DNA from: Raillietiella orientalis
Taxonomy: Eukaryota
Length of the DNA: 64,000 bases
Direction: 5' to 3'
Assembly (NCBI GenBank): GCA_036172245.1
Contig: JAYWIR010000045.1
Coordinates: 620,001 to 684,000, forward strand
The notes beneath the pieces are model-generated. The model was not told the origin of the DNA, did no database searches, and saw only the letters and a list, made by a program, of their open reading frames with translations. The translations under genes were made by a program, and so were the position numbers. Position 1 is the first letter of the stretch. Each line of letters starts with the position of its first letter. Positions 11,755-24,256 of the stretch are shown here, one piece after another.

Positions 11755-12066
11755 TCAGGTGGCGTTCTTCGAGGGAATGTGGTTCTGAAGACCTTGGTCC
11801 GCCTGGTTCGATGCAACTTTCATTGCCTGAGAAGAACTGTTAGGGGAAGGAGGGCATCGGTCGCTCGCGCAGTGAGCCGTTGCTTTCCTCCGGGCGCGCA
11901 CCACGCGCAGGTGGCGCTGGATGTATTCCTCCTGCGGAGCCAGGAGGTGGGCTTCTTCGAAGCAGCGCTCTGCTTCCAACAGGAGCCCCTGCTCGACGTA
12001 GACGACGCAGAGGTTGTGCAGCCCTTGCACATGTTGGGGGTCCACCTCCAGGATGCGCCGGTAGCA
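11755..12066 (-). CDS. TMTC3: TMTC3 terminal coding exon 13
   Basis: [23 protein letters not shown]...[15 protein letters not shown]...SKNAT followed by TGA at 11757-11755. Acceptor ttgcag. Confidence 0.92.
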   Translation of the reverse strand, partial: CYRRILEVDPQHVQGLHNLCVVYVEQGLLLEAERCFEEAHLLAPQEEYIQRHLRVVRARRKATAHCASDRCPPSPNSSSQAMKVASNQADQGLQNHIPSKNAT

Positions 12067-15000
12067 CTGCAATGTGAACCCTTTTTCTCGAAACACCAAG
12101 CCCGATTGTGAGGTCCCGACCGTTACCTTTGCTGCTTCCTCCAGATTCCGGATGGTGTTCAGGTAAACATCTCCGAGGAGGATGAGGCCCTTAATGTGGT
12201 TGGGATGGTGCCGTATCAGCTGATGCAAGAAGGGAGCCGCTTCCAGTGGCCGCTTCTCGTCCGACAGCAGGAGGGCCAGGTTGAACAACGCGCTGCGAAA
12301 GTCAGCTTTCAGCTCCACGGCCTTGCGCAGCCAGGTCTCTGCGGCCGCTGAGTCGTTCTCGTCCAAAGCAAGCATCCCCAGGTTGAAGAGCACTCGCTCG
12401 TCGCTCTTGTTGCGTTCCAGGAGCTGCAGCAGGCGACGCCGGGCTACGTCGCGGAACTTGGCATCCCCGAGCTCTTGCATCAGGATGGCGGAGTTGAGTA
12501 GGGCTTGCTCGTGGTGGGGGTCGTACTCCAGGGCTTTGTCCAGGTAGGCGAGCGCCTCGGGAGCTTTGCCTTGCTCGAGGAACACGACTCCGAGCTACAA
12601 TAACGTCGTCGGAGGGGTGAAGAGAAAGCAACACAAGCGCATGCGCGCGAAGCGGCAGCCCTTCGAAACAAGGAACGAAGAACGCAAAAGCCCGGGACTT
12701 CTTTCGTGTTTTGGTAGGTGAAGGAAAAAGAGGAGGGAAAAAACTGCTCTGGGGTGCACTTCAAGACAGGAGATCTGAGAGTAGCCGCTTCGTTGACAGT
12801 ACGAGAAACTTAAAAGAAATCCGTGGTGGAGGTTAAGCGTTTCTCACCAACGTCCCCCGATTGATTCAGGAACGGGTAAACGGCGCAGAAAAAAATCGAA
12901 AAACAGTCTCGAGGGTCCGCGTGATATCCGGAAATTCGCCGGACGTGACGAAATGATCGCTAGATGGCCATCACGGCCAACGGGGGAGTCCGAATCCACT
13001 TCGGAATCCTGCCGGGGGAGTCGAGCACCTCTGCACCAGAAAGAGAACGAGTGCACGTGCTCGGTCCATCCTCTTTCGATCGGTTTGTTCCGCAGGGCCA
13101 CGAGGCTCTCTCTCCCTCCCGTTCCGCGGACACATCGGCGTCGGCAACCTTCCGCGTCCGCTGTGCAACAGAATTCCAGGAGCTCATTTTTAAGAGACGG
13201 GCGTCGCCCGACCGTCAGAACACGTAGGAACACGACGCAGCCACAGAAAAACCGACCGGGGCCTTCCACTTACGTTGTAGTAGATGTCCGGATTGCTGTT
13301 GTCATAGAACAGAGCCTTCTCATACACTTCCTGGGCCTCCTGCACTCGATTCAGCTTGATGAGGATGTCACCTCGGTTGATGTAAGCTTGCGTGTAATCC
13401 GCACGCATAGCAATGGCCTGCCGGTACAGAAGGTCGGCCTCCTCCAGTCTGGATGCATTGCGCGAGATGAGATTGGCCAGATTCAGGAACACATTCAGAT
13501 GGTTCGGGGCGATGCGTGCCTGGTATGTCTGCCCTGGCTTCGCTTTCGGAAGAAACGCTTTAGCCTTCGGGGAAGAAGGGGGAGGGGAGAGGGAGGGCAA
13601 TCGTCCCGAGAAGCAGGGGGTGCAGATACCTTGAGGTACGCTTCCTCAGCTTCCGCATACATTTGCAGATTACTGAACGTCCTCCCGACGTTGATGTGAG
13701 CCCCTATGTCGTCTTCCTGGACACTGGCGACAACACGAAAGTTAGCAATCGGACCTCGCCCCTTCCCTCCCCCCGAAGGGCATGCGACGAACCTTACGGC
13801 TTTCTGGAAGTACCACAAGGCTTCCCCGTATTTCCCTTTTGCTTCCAGAGCATGGCCGACGTTATTAAACAGCTTCGCGTTCCGCTGGTTTACGCGAAGG
13901 CCGGACATGAAGATGGAGTACTCGGAAATCCAATCGTGATTGCGAAGTATGCACTTGGCACAATAGACGAGCACGAGGAAGCACAGGAACCAATGAGCAG
14001 CGGTCCTCAGCGCCCTATTAACGTTAGCGTTTCGAGTCGCCTTTGAGGTGAACGCGAATATTAAAGCACGTAACCGACTGCCGACACAGCCGTGACCGAA
14101 AACCATCACTCCGGTTCGAGATGCCCGCCTGCTGTATCTTTACTGTACCTATTTTCCGCCATTTTCCACCATCCGTACGCTGTTAACATGCAGAAACCCA
14201 TGCTTGGAAGATACAGCACGCGCTCGGCTATGACGAAGCCAACTGGGAAAAACAAATTGGAAGCAGGAAGGAACGGCACAACCAGGAATGCTAATCCCTA
14301 AAGAGGAACACACGCTGTCACGCGTTGTCGAAGCAGATGGGTTCGGCATCCCACACCATTATGAGGGTTTCTCTTTCCTTTTGAGAGGAGGAAGACATAA
14401 CGACGTAAAGAATACTGGAAAACGCTGCGTAGACCAGAAGTATCGCCAACACACGGGCATCCGTGAATTTATGCAACAACGGTATCGTTCCCATGGTCCA
14501 GTCGCAGCAAAGTTCGGACGGAAACAGCATTAACCAAACATTGAGGCTTATCAAGTAATTATAAGTCAACTGACGAATCGGCGCTGGAGCAACGGACGCA
14601 GGATTATCGAACCTGCAACGCAGACACCCAGGGATGGAGAGCAATTGGCTGATGAAACACTTACTTCGTGAAAACGGGAAGCTGGGAACCCATTATGTAT
14701 ATCCGGAACAGAAGAATTACGGCAGAAAAGCACAACAGACATGCGATCCGCAGGTTCGAACCGCTGACCCAGTCGGTCAGGTGAATTTTGCTTCCAAGCA
14801 GCTTTCTTCCTCCGCAAAGATGGGACAGCCGAAACTGGAACAGAAAACAGGATTGCAGCGGTGCGGAATCATCCCAGGATCATGAAAATAAGTCAGCTGC
14901 AACAGCAAGGAGCCTTGAGGACTCTTGGCATTCTAGTTGAAAGAAGTTCGATTTTATGGCTTTTCAAGGGGAACGCAACGGCAGACACTCTGGCAAAAGG

Positions 15001-18000
15001 AGCAACCGCTCTGCGAAATCCAATTCACTTCGACATATCGTCCATGGCCCATCCGTTAATCAATAGGGATCATCCTTGCTTGGTGCCCAGTCCTGCTTTA
15101 TTCTGGTTCGTCTATCCACGTGCCTAATTAACTTGTATTCTTCAAGGATAAAGTTATGCTTCCGGGAACGTTTTGGCCAGATTCAACGCAATCAAGCGGT
15201 TGCGGTCTCCCTCAAACCAAACATCTCAAGTTAAAGACGATCAATGGTGAAGCTCGTCTGGAGTGTTTTCCCTCACACACGCCGATAAAGTTTCGCAGCT
15301 AGTCTTTCACTGGAAATCAGTGTCGACCATTCGCGAAGAATTAAACTAGTTATATCCACAGAGTCGTAAATCACATTATCCCGCTCGAAAAAAGTCTACT
15401 TACGCAGTGATGACACCATTTTTCTAGATCTTCCCAGATTATAAGTAAATTTCTGGCAGTCTTAAAAGTTAATTACATTCGAAAAGAGAAGGCGCTCACC
15501 CAAAGAGCCCGTTAATTATTCAGGGAGTACGCTAGCCCTGCAAATAGGCTTAGCATTAGGCAACATTTGCTGCAGGGTGGAAAACTGTCGTTTCCCAGTC
15601 GGGCCTCGTGGGTACCGTCGATCGTTCAATTTCAATCTCGCGAATTTTGCGATCGGCTGATTTCCGTTCCATCAACACGGGTCGAACGTGCAAAAATCCC
15701 CATTGGAGGCCGGGCTCGCCTTTTCGGGAGCGTTGGCGTCTTGCGAGGGGCACGCCTGCGTGGCACCGCGCTGCCGCGGGCTGCAGCACCACTCTTTCCT
15801 GTGCCGCTCGCAGCAGGGGCAGCTGATGGCGAGTTCCCGACAGAAAGAGACGGAAGCGTCGCTGCTTATTCCGAAATGCGAGGTGGTTCTACCACCACCA
15901 CCACCTTCTTCCGAAGGCTCCGATTTGTGCTTTCGGTAGGGGCCCGTTTCCTGAAACGAGCATTTGAGCTCGCAAAAGCTATTACGAACCCACAGAGTGG
16001 ACAAAGCCATTATTCGGAGGGCCATGCAACACATTATGCGAAAAACAGCTTGTGGATACCGAGAGCTGCCCGATTTAATGAAACTGCCGGCTGACCGGAA
16101 CACGAACATCGAGGTTTTGCATTTTTTCCGATCAACTAAAACTGATTCCCAGAAGTTGATTTGCGAAAATTCAATTAGCGTTTCGGCGTAAGTGCTTTCC
16201 TTTGTAGAAGAACCTCGAGGAAGTTTGCAGTTTCCTATTGAATGAAATCCTGTAAAAATAAACAAAGGACTCATTAAACGGAAGGTCGGCGGGTGGAAAA
16301 GAGAGGATGACCAATCGAGGACGGACGAGAAGAGCAGGCGCTCAACGATGAGTCTTCAAGAGAGGGGAATGGGACAGCCAGCGAAGGCCCTTACGGGGCG
16401 AAGGAGGAAAGATTCCCGAAAATTGTTCCAGCCTTCATTACGACATCCCTGCGGGCTTATTTGATCGGAGAAGTGAGCTGGGATCTGTTCGCCGCTGCCC
16501 AGATTACTACTTGGGAGGATGACTGCGGGCACGGATATTCCCTGCAGAAAAGCCTGTGGTGGTGCCCCACGGAGGCTCACGCGCGCACTTCCTCTGCACG
16601 GCCTGAGCTGCGAAGAATTCGAACTCTTGCTCGGCAGGGCGAGGCACGGGCGACGGGAGCGCACGCGAAAATCGGAAGGCGTAGAGGAATCGCTGTAAGA
16701 ACAGTTCGCAGATGACGACGGATGGCAGGGCGAGCGAGCGGCAAAGGGACGAGGACGGGGGAAGAAGACGAAACAAAGAAGCATCGCAGTCGATATGAGC
16801 ATCACACGTTACGAAGGTAAATAGCAGCTGACGAATGATGCAAGACTCTAAATCACTCGGCACTGGTAGAGCTTACGCTCTATTGTCAGAAGTGACTTCG
16901 CTCCGTGATGCTGATGCTCAAGGGGTTTCCATTAGAATGCATAAAATGGACGGGAGAAAGAGAGTGTGGGGGGAGAGAGCGGCCCAGGAGCGAAGAGGCA
17001 AAAAGCACAACGTGCCTTTCAGTTGCAAATGAATAACTGTTGGGACGAAGAGACTGGCTAGAAATGAAAATTTAAAATCGAATGATTAATATTCCCCAAA
17101 ACAAAGATGGGAGAAACTCAGGAGAGGGAGAAATGGGAATTTCCGCATCGACTCTTCGATCTGATGCACATTTTAAATTGCGCGTTTCCTCGTTAGAAAC
17201 TCTCCTGCTTGAATGGTTTGTGGGCCTTATTGAATTCAAGTCGGAGACTACAATCATGGAGAGAAGTCCTCTTGGCAATCGCGCAATTTTTCATCCCTGA
17301 TGAACAGTAACAAGTCTAGAACGCGGGGACCAAGTCCGAGAGCTGCTACGAATGATGCCACACGAAACCAAAATTTCGAAAAAGATGGAAACCAAAAGCG
17401 ACGGCCATCTATCTGTCTTAGACAGATAGAAAAAAAAAAAACACACACACATCCGTATTCAGTAATATTCATCGAGCAGTGATGAAGATAAAAAGTGGGA
17501 TGAAGTAAAATGCTTCGGGAGTGTCATTCCCAAATCTTTAAGGAAACTTCGTGGACAGAAAAAAAAAAAAAGAATGTAGCGATGCCAATATCAAAGCGCT
17601 ATTAAAGATCAGTCTGATGGCAATGCACTCACGCGTTGATTCCATTTCATGTCGAGCAACTTCGCTGGATCTCATCTTTCTGCTGTTATACTTAATTGCA
17701 CACTTATTGTTCACATCTTGGGTGCTGATCCTCGGCCGTAGGAGTGATCTGGTGAACACACCGCTCTTTTATCGAAGCTTCTTCATCCATTGACGTTTGG
17801 TAACTTGAATACTCGCATCGCTGGCACGCGAGAATCAGTCGACATCGCTGTGAAACCAGATCGCTGCTCTTTAGCTCTACTACATTCCACTAACGTTGGA
17901 TGCTTCTAATCTTTAAAATCTTCTGCTTTAATCGCCGAACGCTATGTAAATCGACGGCCATTCCCCACGTTTTTACTTTGGCGAATGCTGAACGCAGCCG

Positions 18001-21000
18001 AATAAAAGACAGCGTTGACAACGGCTGACGTGTCTGGCTGCCTTCTTTGTGTGCCTGCGTTCACTATCCACGGCTGCTGAGGTGGCAAACACTCACGGAA
18101 TCACTCGACGAATGACGGAATTACGAGCACAGCTCCGGAGCTTCAAAGGCAAACAACCTACTTCCAGAAAGGAGTGCCTACATTAATAACCACCAGAACT
18201 TCGCGCTTTGTGCTACTATCATAAACGGGTCCCAGGAACTGTACGGTGGCTGCCAGACTGCGCCGAATTAGTCGGAAGCCACTTCCTTCGAGCGAATTCC
18301 TTTCAAGAACTTTCCCAGCACGAGTTAAATGATGTCACATGGCAGATTAAGCAGAGAAAGATGGAAATTGCAAGCACTTAATAAGAAACTTTGAACCGTC
18401 TCTTGGGATAGACGGATTGCAATGATGGCACCCTATCCTATCACAATTTCCCCTTGTGCTCGGAGTGCATTGGGACACCACCCACGCATGATAAGTTCGG
18501 ATGAAAATCAGTCTACACAGAGGAATAGAAAAAAGAGGGAGAAAAGAACGACAGAGCCCAAGCTTTCGCTGACTCGATGCTGATTCGATTGAAGTTTCAC
18601 CAATAAACTCGGATAAAAATGGACACTCATCTGTCGCAGCTGTCACCATGCACTACTTAGATGATCGTTCTATTTTGTGATCCTCGATTCCCTCATCGCA
18701 TTCCTGTCTGGATACTTCAGCAAAGTCAACAAGTACGAAGTTATTCCTCAGAAACTTCAACTTCGAACTTAATTTGAATTCGAACCAAAAATGTGATTAC
18801 AGGATGTATGAATTATAGACTGCAAGAGTGAACAACGACAGGCAAATAATGCAAGTTTTAATATACGTGTGACTACCACTGGTCCCCTCGCCTCCCTTTC
18901 TCAAAAGACTTCTGGAACGCAAAGTACGAAATCGGGGCAAAAAGAAGGAACAAGCAAAACACACACACAAATAATAATAATAGTAATGGAAAAAAAAAAA
19001 AAAAAAAACTCAATTAGCGGGTCCGAAATAATCATTACCTTTTGTACGATGAAAATTTCGTACACTATACAGACGCCTAGTACTGTAATTCCTTGTTCTT
19101 TGGAAAGCGTCGCTAAGATCACAGTGACAAACACAGGAGCCAAATAAAACCATCCTGGAATGCAAATGAATTAGCAAGGATAACACAAATAGGAGTGATG
19201 TGGCGCAGTATTTAAAAAACAAAAATGGGGTCCGGAAAGCAATGAGGTCCAAAAGCACTGTTAAGAATAAAAGTGTCTCCATATGTGAATTCGAATCTCT
19301 TTTGCATTATCATTAGATCCAGGATGGAAGGAGCTGCTGTTAGCTCTTCCTCTGAACGCTTCATGGTAGGGCTGTTACTGCATTCAGTTTCAAGCATCAC
19401 ACCAGCATCCTCATGAAAAATGCCATTTTCAACGCTCATTTCGGAAATATAAAAAAACAGAAACTCTCGAGGATATCGGCACAAAGACATGAGAAAATTA
19501 TGTTGGAAGCAATTTGTGCTTTAAAGATCTATTTCCACATTTAGCGAAAATGAGGATTCCATATTAATGTACAATAACGCGTTTGCGTAGCATGAATAGT
19601 AGTAGAACACTCCTCCAAAAAAGCTGGGATACATAAATTGAAACATCCTTTCTTTACAAAAGTGTGGTTCTAGGAAACGTGATTCCAACGTCTGAAAAGA
19701 GCCGAAAGCAGCACACAAACGTGTACAAGTACACATGTCATCTTTTCTTGCTTTTGAAAATACATGTAAGAACCTCACTGTCCGCTGGATGTGCACGTGC
19801 GGAAAATCACCTGGTGTTCCCTCCAATATTTCCAATCCAATGTTTCCTTTCGGGAATAATACAAACTGTTTTTACGCCCACGCGGGCACAGCAACACATT
19901 CCCGTGCAATGCAAATGAGCTGATGGAAATACTTGGAAGCCACGAGCTATTAAAGTGATATTGTAGGTGAATATGTTCAGATTTTATTTATTTACTCCAG
20001 CTCAATCGAGGCGCTGAAGATTGCATTGTCCTGAATCCTTGTTCGTGAGACTCGGGTCAGCCACTCTGAACGACAGGAACTCTCGGGCATGGCCGCGTGT
20101 CCTAAATTAGGCATGCTCGTTTCTGGTTCATCCCCTGCCTACACAAAACACGTAAACCCAGTTCCTTGGGAACGGAAAACGGGCAGATGCAGTCATCACA
20201 GCAGAAGTCCGGTCAAAGATGCCAGAGATCGGATTCGCCCAATAAAAAGTGGGACGTGCTGGTCGCTACTAAATTGGCCACTAGGAATTTTAAATTCTAT
20301 GCTTCCACGCAATCGTTTTGCAGTGCAAATAACACACAAGAGCCAAGCTCATTCTTCCCTAGTAATTACGACAACCATGCAAAAGAGCCACAACTACCCC
20401 AGCCGGGTCCTCTCCGCAAAGCATGACCTGCATGCCACGGAAACCCAAAAAGAGCAACAGCAGAAACAAAGGGGACATTTACATTAACTTTTCCATAAAG
20501 CCAACTTTTAAGATGCAATTTCTCAAAAAAAGATGAAATAAAATGGCCAAAAATAGACACGTACAAACAAATGACTTATTCCAGACACAAGATAAGGACA
20601 TTTCGGGAAGCAGACAGTCACGAAAATGAATCTCAACTTCAGTAGAGGGAAGAGATCCTTTCGAGTACTTGGGATTCTGCAAGATGGAACACTCCGTTGG
20701 CGGAGCGAAACGCCACGAAGAAGACCGGTTAGAGCTGCATCTTAAATTGCAGTGGCAAGGGAATGGTAAACATTATTTCGAACAAAGTCTATGGGACCGA
20801 TACGAAGATGACGCCCATCTCCAATTTAGAAAAATAGAGTTGGTAGCAAAAAGCTTCCCCGAAGATGGCACGCATACACACACTCAGGAAGGAGGTAAAC
20901 CAGTTACAATTTTTAGATCGATAGAGGCGTAAGCATACGTTTTTTACATACTTGCCGATATGCTGTGCAGAGAGCATTTTCGGTACAGCAGAAAAGTAGA

Positions 21001-24000
21001 AAGATAGAAAATAGAAGACAGCAGCTCAGCTCGACCAACAACACCAGTTACCTAAAAAGAGAGAAAAAAAAAACAAAAACAAAATACACATATTACTACG
21101 GTTGTTAAAAGAATGAAACACTATTATTAGTATTTGTAAAAGGAGATGGATAAAAAAAAAAAGAAAAGGAAAAAAAAGAGGAAAGCATTTGCGAGTTTTT
21201 TCGTTTTCACGTTTCGAAGAATCAAATGTGGACAGGACAGAGGGGTCACCAAAACTCTCCCAGGACACCTGATTTCGCTTGAAAATGCAACGACCCCCGT
21301 CCGGCGGCTATTTTTTTTTTGGAAACTTTTATCCATCACCATGTATTTTGCATTAGGGACCAATCCACTCCAACCCTGCAACTCCAGTCTCCCATCCGGT
21401 TGTTCCCCGAAAGGAAAATCAAGAGAAATGAAGCCTCCAGGATGAGTTCGCAGTTGCGGATAAAATTTCATCGACTGCGCGCCGATTTCGTTCGAATACA
21501 TAATATATATATATATACCAAATCTGCTCAAAGGATGAATAACTATGAGGAGTGCATTCAAATATATAAGTTGGAGAAAGAACTATTTAAAGTCGAAGAA
21601 ATGCGGCATGTATTCGTTGAATTATATGCTTGGTCCACGGACCTGGTGTGATTGATGCTTGTTGGAGACCCAATCATGAAAATTTCATTTTCGTGGGGCC
21701 ATAATAAAATCCTAGTTTTCACATCGCATTAACCGTGAATTCAGTACTTTTGCGAGAAGCGTTTCAGCCCGGCCGACCGAACTTTATAGATGGTTGGTTT
21801 TCCTCCTTTATGAATACAGACTTCAAGACTGCGCAGGGATGTGCAAACATTTCTTTAGCGACGAGCAGCTGATTGCGAGTATCTGTGATTTTCTTCTTCG
21901 TTTTTCTTTCTCTTCTTCTTTTTTTTTTTTTTTTTAAAAAAAAAACAAAACAAAACAAATGTGCATAAAAGATACTTATAAAACCGTGTACAATAGACCA
22001 CCGTATAACATGGATTTGTGTAAAGAGACGAAGGAATTGTGACGGTCCTCGTATAAGGTGGTAAATCAGACCCGTACGATGCCGTGGATAAACTCTGGAG
22101 TTAAATAGTTAATAAACACCCTTTTCCTTACGTTTCAAAGTGGAATGCTAAACATTCTACTGCTACGGCGTTTTTTAAGATACTTTTTTAATATCTTTTA
22201 ATAAATACTATCCTGTCATTCATGAATAACCCATTGGGTTCGTACAACGCGGAACGTACTGCCTGCGTTATGAGAGGGGTCCACTGTAATTATATTTGGA
22301 TGTTAATGGGCATTTGAACGCAATTGAAGATACGTGGATCACGAGAGTGCAGGTATGCCACCCTGACTTGAGTGCACGCTCGTGGCAAGTACTCAAAACA
22401 GATACAAAAATAATAATACTGAAAATACAAATTCTTAGGACACGTACAAAAACACGAACGAATGTACGCAACACTGCGGCTGGGGATTTTTCGTACGAAT
22501 GACAGTTCCCGTCTTACTGTTTCCTCTCGTGGAGATCTTTTCAGCACCATTCACAGCGGATCAAAGGCACGAAAAGAATTGAGGGGGAGAGCGCAAACTT
22601 CATGTACAAGGTGAATCCAGGAATTCGAAACCATTTTTTCCTTTTCCTTTTCGCACTATGTTTATCATTATTTTTAGTTCACAAGTAACCGTAAAAGTTA
22701 TGATTCGTCCTGCGAAATAAGAGAAAAATTATCTGGCGTAATAAACGTCCAAGCCCTGCAACATTTCTCAGTACCACTTTTGAAGATAAAGAGCGCTATC
22801 ACTTTAGGATTGATGTCAACATCTTGAGATGCAACAACACTCGACGTCTCACTGGATAACAACCGACCTGCTATGCAGAAAAGTAAATCACTTGAATCTG
22901 AAATGAGCGCTGTGTAATTAACGTTTGAGAAGAAGAAAAGTGTCCTGACTCCTTTAGCATGCTTCTCCGTTACTTTCGCTTGAATAAAAGGATTTTTCTA
23001 AGGGAGGGGAGGGGGAAATTTTTACCTTGGATTAAAGGCGAGTACAACTTTTGCATCTAAAATTGCGAATGAAAACATCTGGCAATAGGCGGAAGAACTT
23101 CTCATTTATTATTTCGTACAGGAGTTGCGAAAAGAGACAGATCAATTGCAATCTCAACTTCAATTCCTTGCCAAGCAAGTCAAGTGCCGATCTCAACAGC
23201 AGCTATTTAAGATTCTCGACGGTTGGAACTTCAGAGGGAGATGTTCACAGCCTTGAAACATTTTCCGAAACATCGGTGAAGATCGACTGGAGGAATGGAC
23301 GGCGTGCAGAGAAATTCGGAAAACACAAGTAACGGTGCAAGAAGTCTTCCTGCATTCTTGAGATTGGATTCCCACCAACAGTTGGGGAAGCAGGACTTGT
23401 GACGAAACGGGAAAGAGCCATGAGGAATTAGCCCGACATGATCTTCGGGCGAGACGCATTTGCTTTTGATGACAAGCAATGGGAGCACATACGCCTTCGT
23501 GGCCGTACTTTAAAATTATGCTCAAATGAAAACATGCTCTCGTAACATAAAGACTGTTTAAAGGAGAATCGAAAAGACAGCGACCAATGTCGAAGATTCG
23601 ATCATTGGATATTCGCTTCCAGCCCCTCAACCACCATCTCTCCAGAAGCCCGATAATACACCTACAAGGGGCGCAAATTTTGAGCCGCACCGTATCTGCT
23701 GCTAACGCAATGCTGACCCCGAGGCACGTTCCCGTCAGCAAAAGCCGCTTATTTCTTGGATTAATGCCTTGAAGGTTGCATAGCAAGTTTGCAATCGCTC
23801 TGAGCAGTGCTGAGCTGCACTTAATCGGTAAGCTTTTCGAAAATAATTTACGAATGGGGGGGAATGGGGGGGGGGGGGAAGAAGAAGCATAGGAAGAAAG
23901 AAAAAAAAGGGGGGGGGGAGGGAAAAAAGCAGTATCACATTCCATCCTTTCGACTTTCGAACGATCTTCTCGCTTTCTTTCTTTCTTTTTTTTTTTTGAA

Positions 24001-24222
24001 AACTTAAATTTCCTCAGCATAAACGTTAAAAAGGTAAGACAAATATAAACAGATAAGACTCCCAGAAATACATTGATAGGGAACAGATCAGTGCGATTCT
24101 GTATCAGTCCCGTACTCATCACCATGGGAATTTTTTTAAACGATGGCTGACACGCGAAATCCGTGCTCGTCACGATTTCGCAAGGCGTCTCAGTTTTCCA
24201 AATTTGCGCAAATCCACAAGTT

Positions 24223-24256
<34 letters not shown>

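Noticed and set aside
11728..14533. Plus-strand ORFs overlapping TMTC3 (for example 12953-13699, 248 aa)
   Set aside because: Antisense shadows of GC-rich TMTC3 exons.
23193..24173. Longest ORF in the track (326 aa, minus strand)
   Set aside because: It lies in TMTC3 intron 3, translates homopolymer runs (poly-K, poly-P, poly-F) and has no recognisable motif. It looks like a chance ORF.
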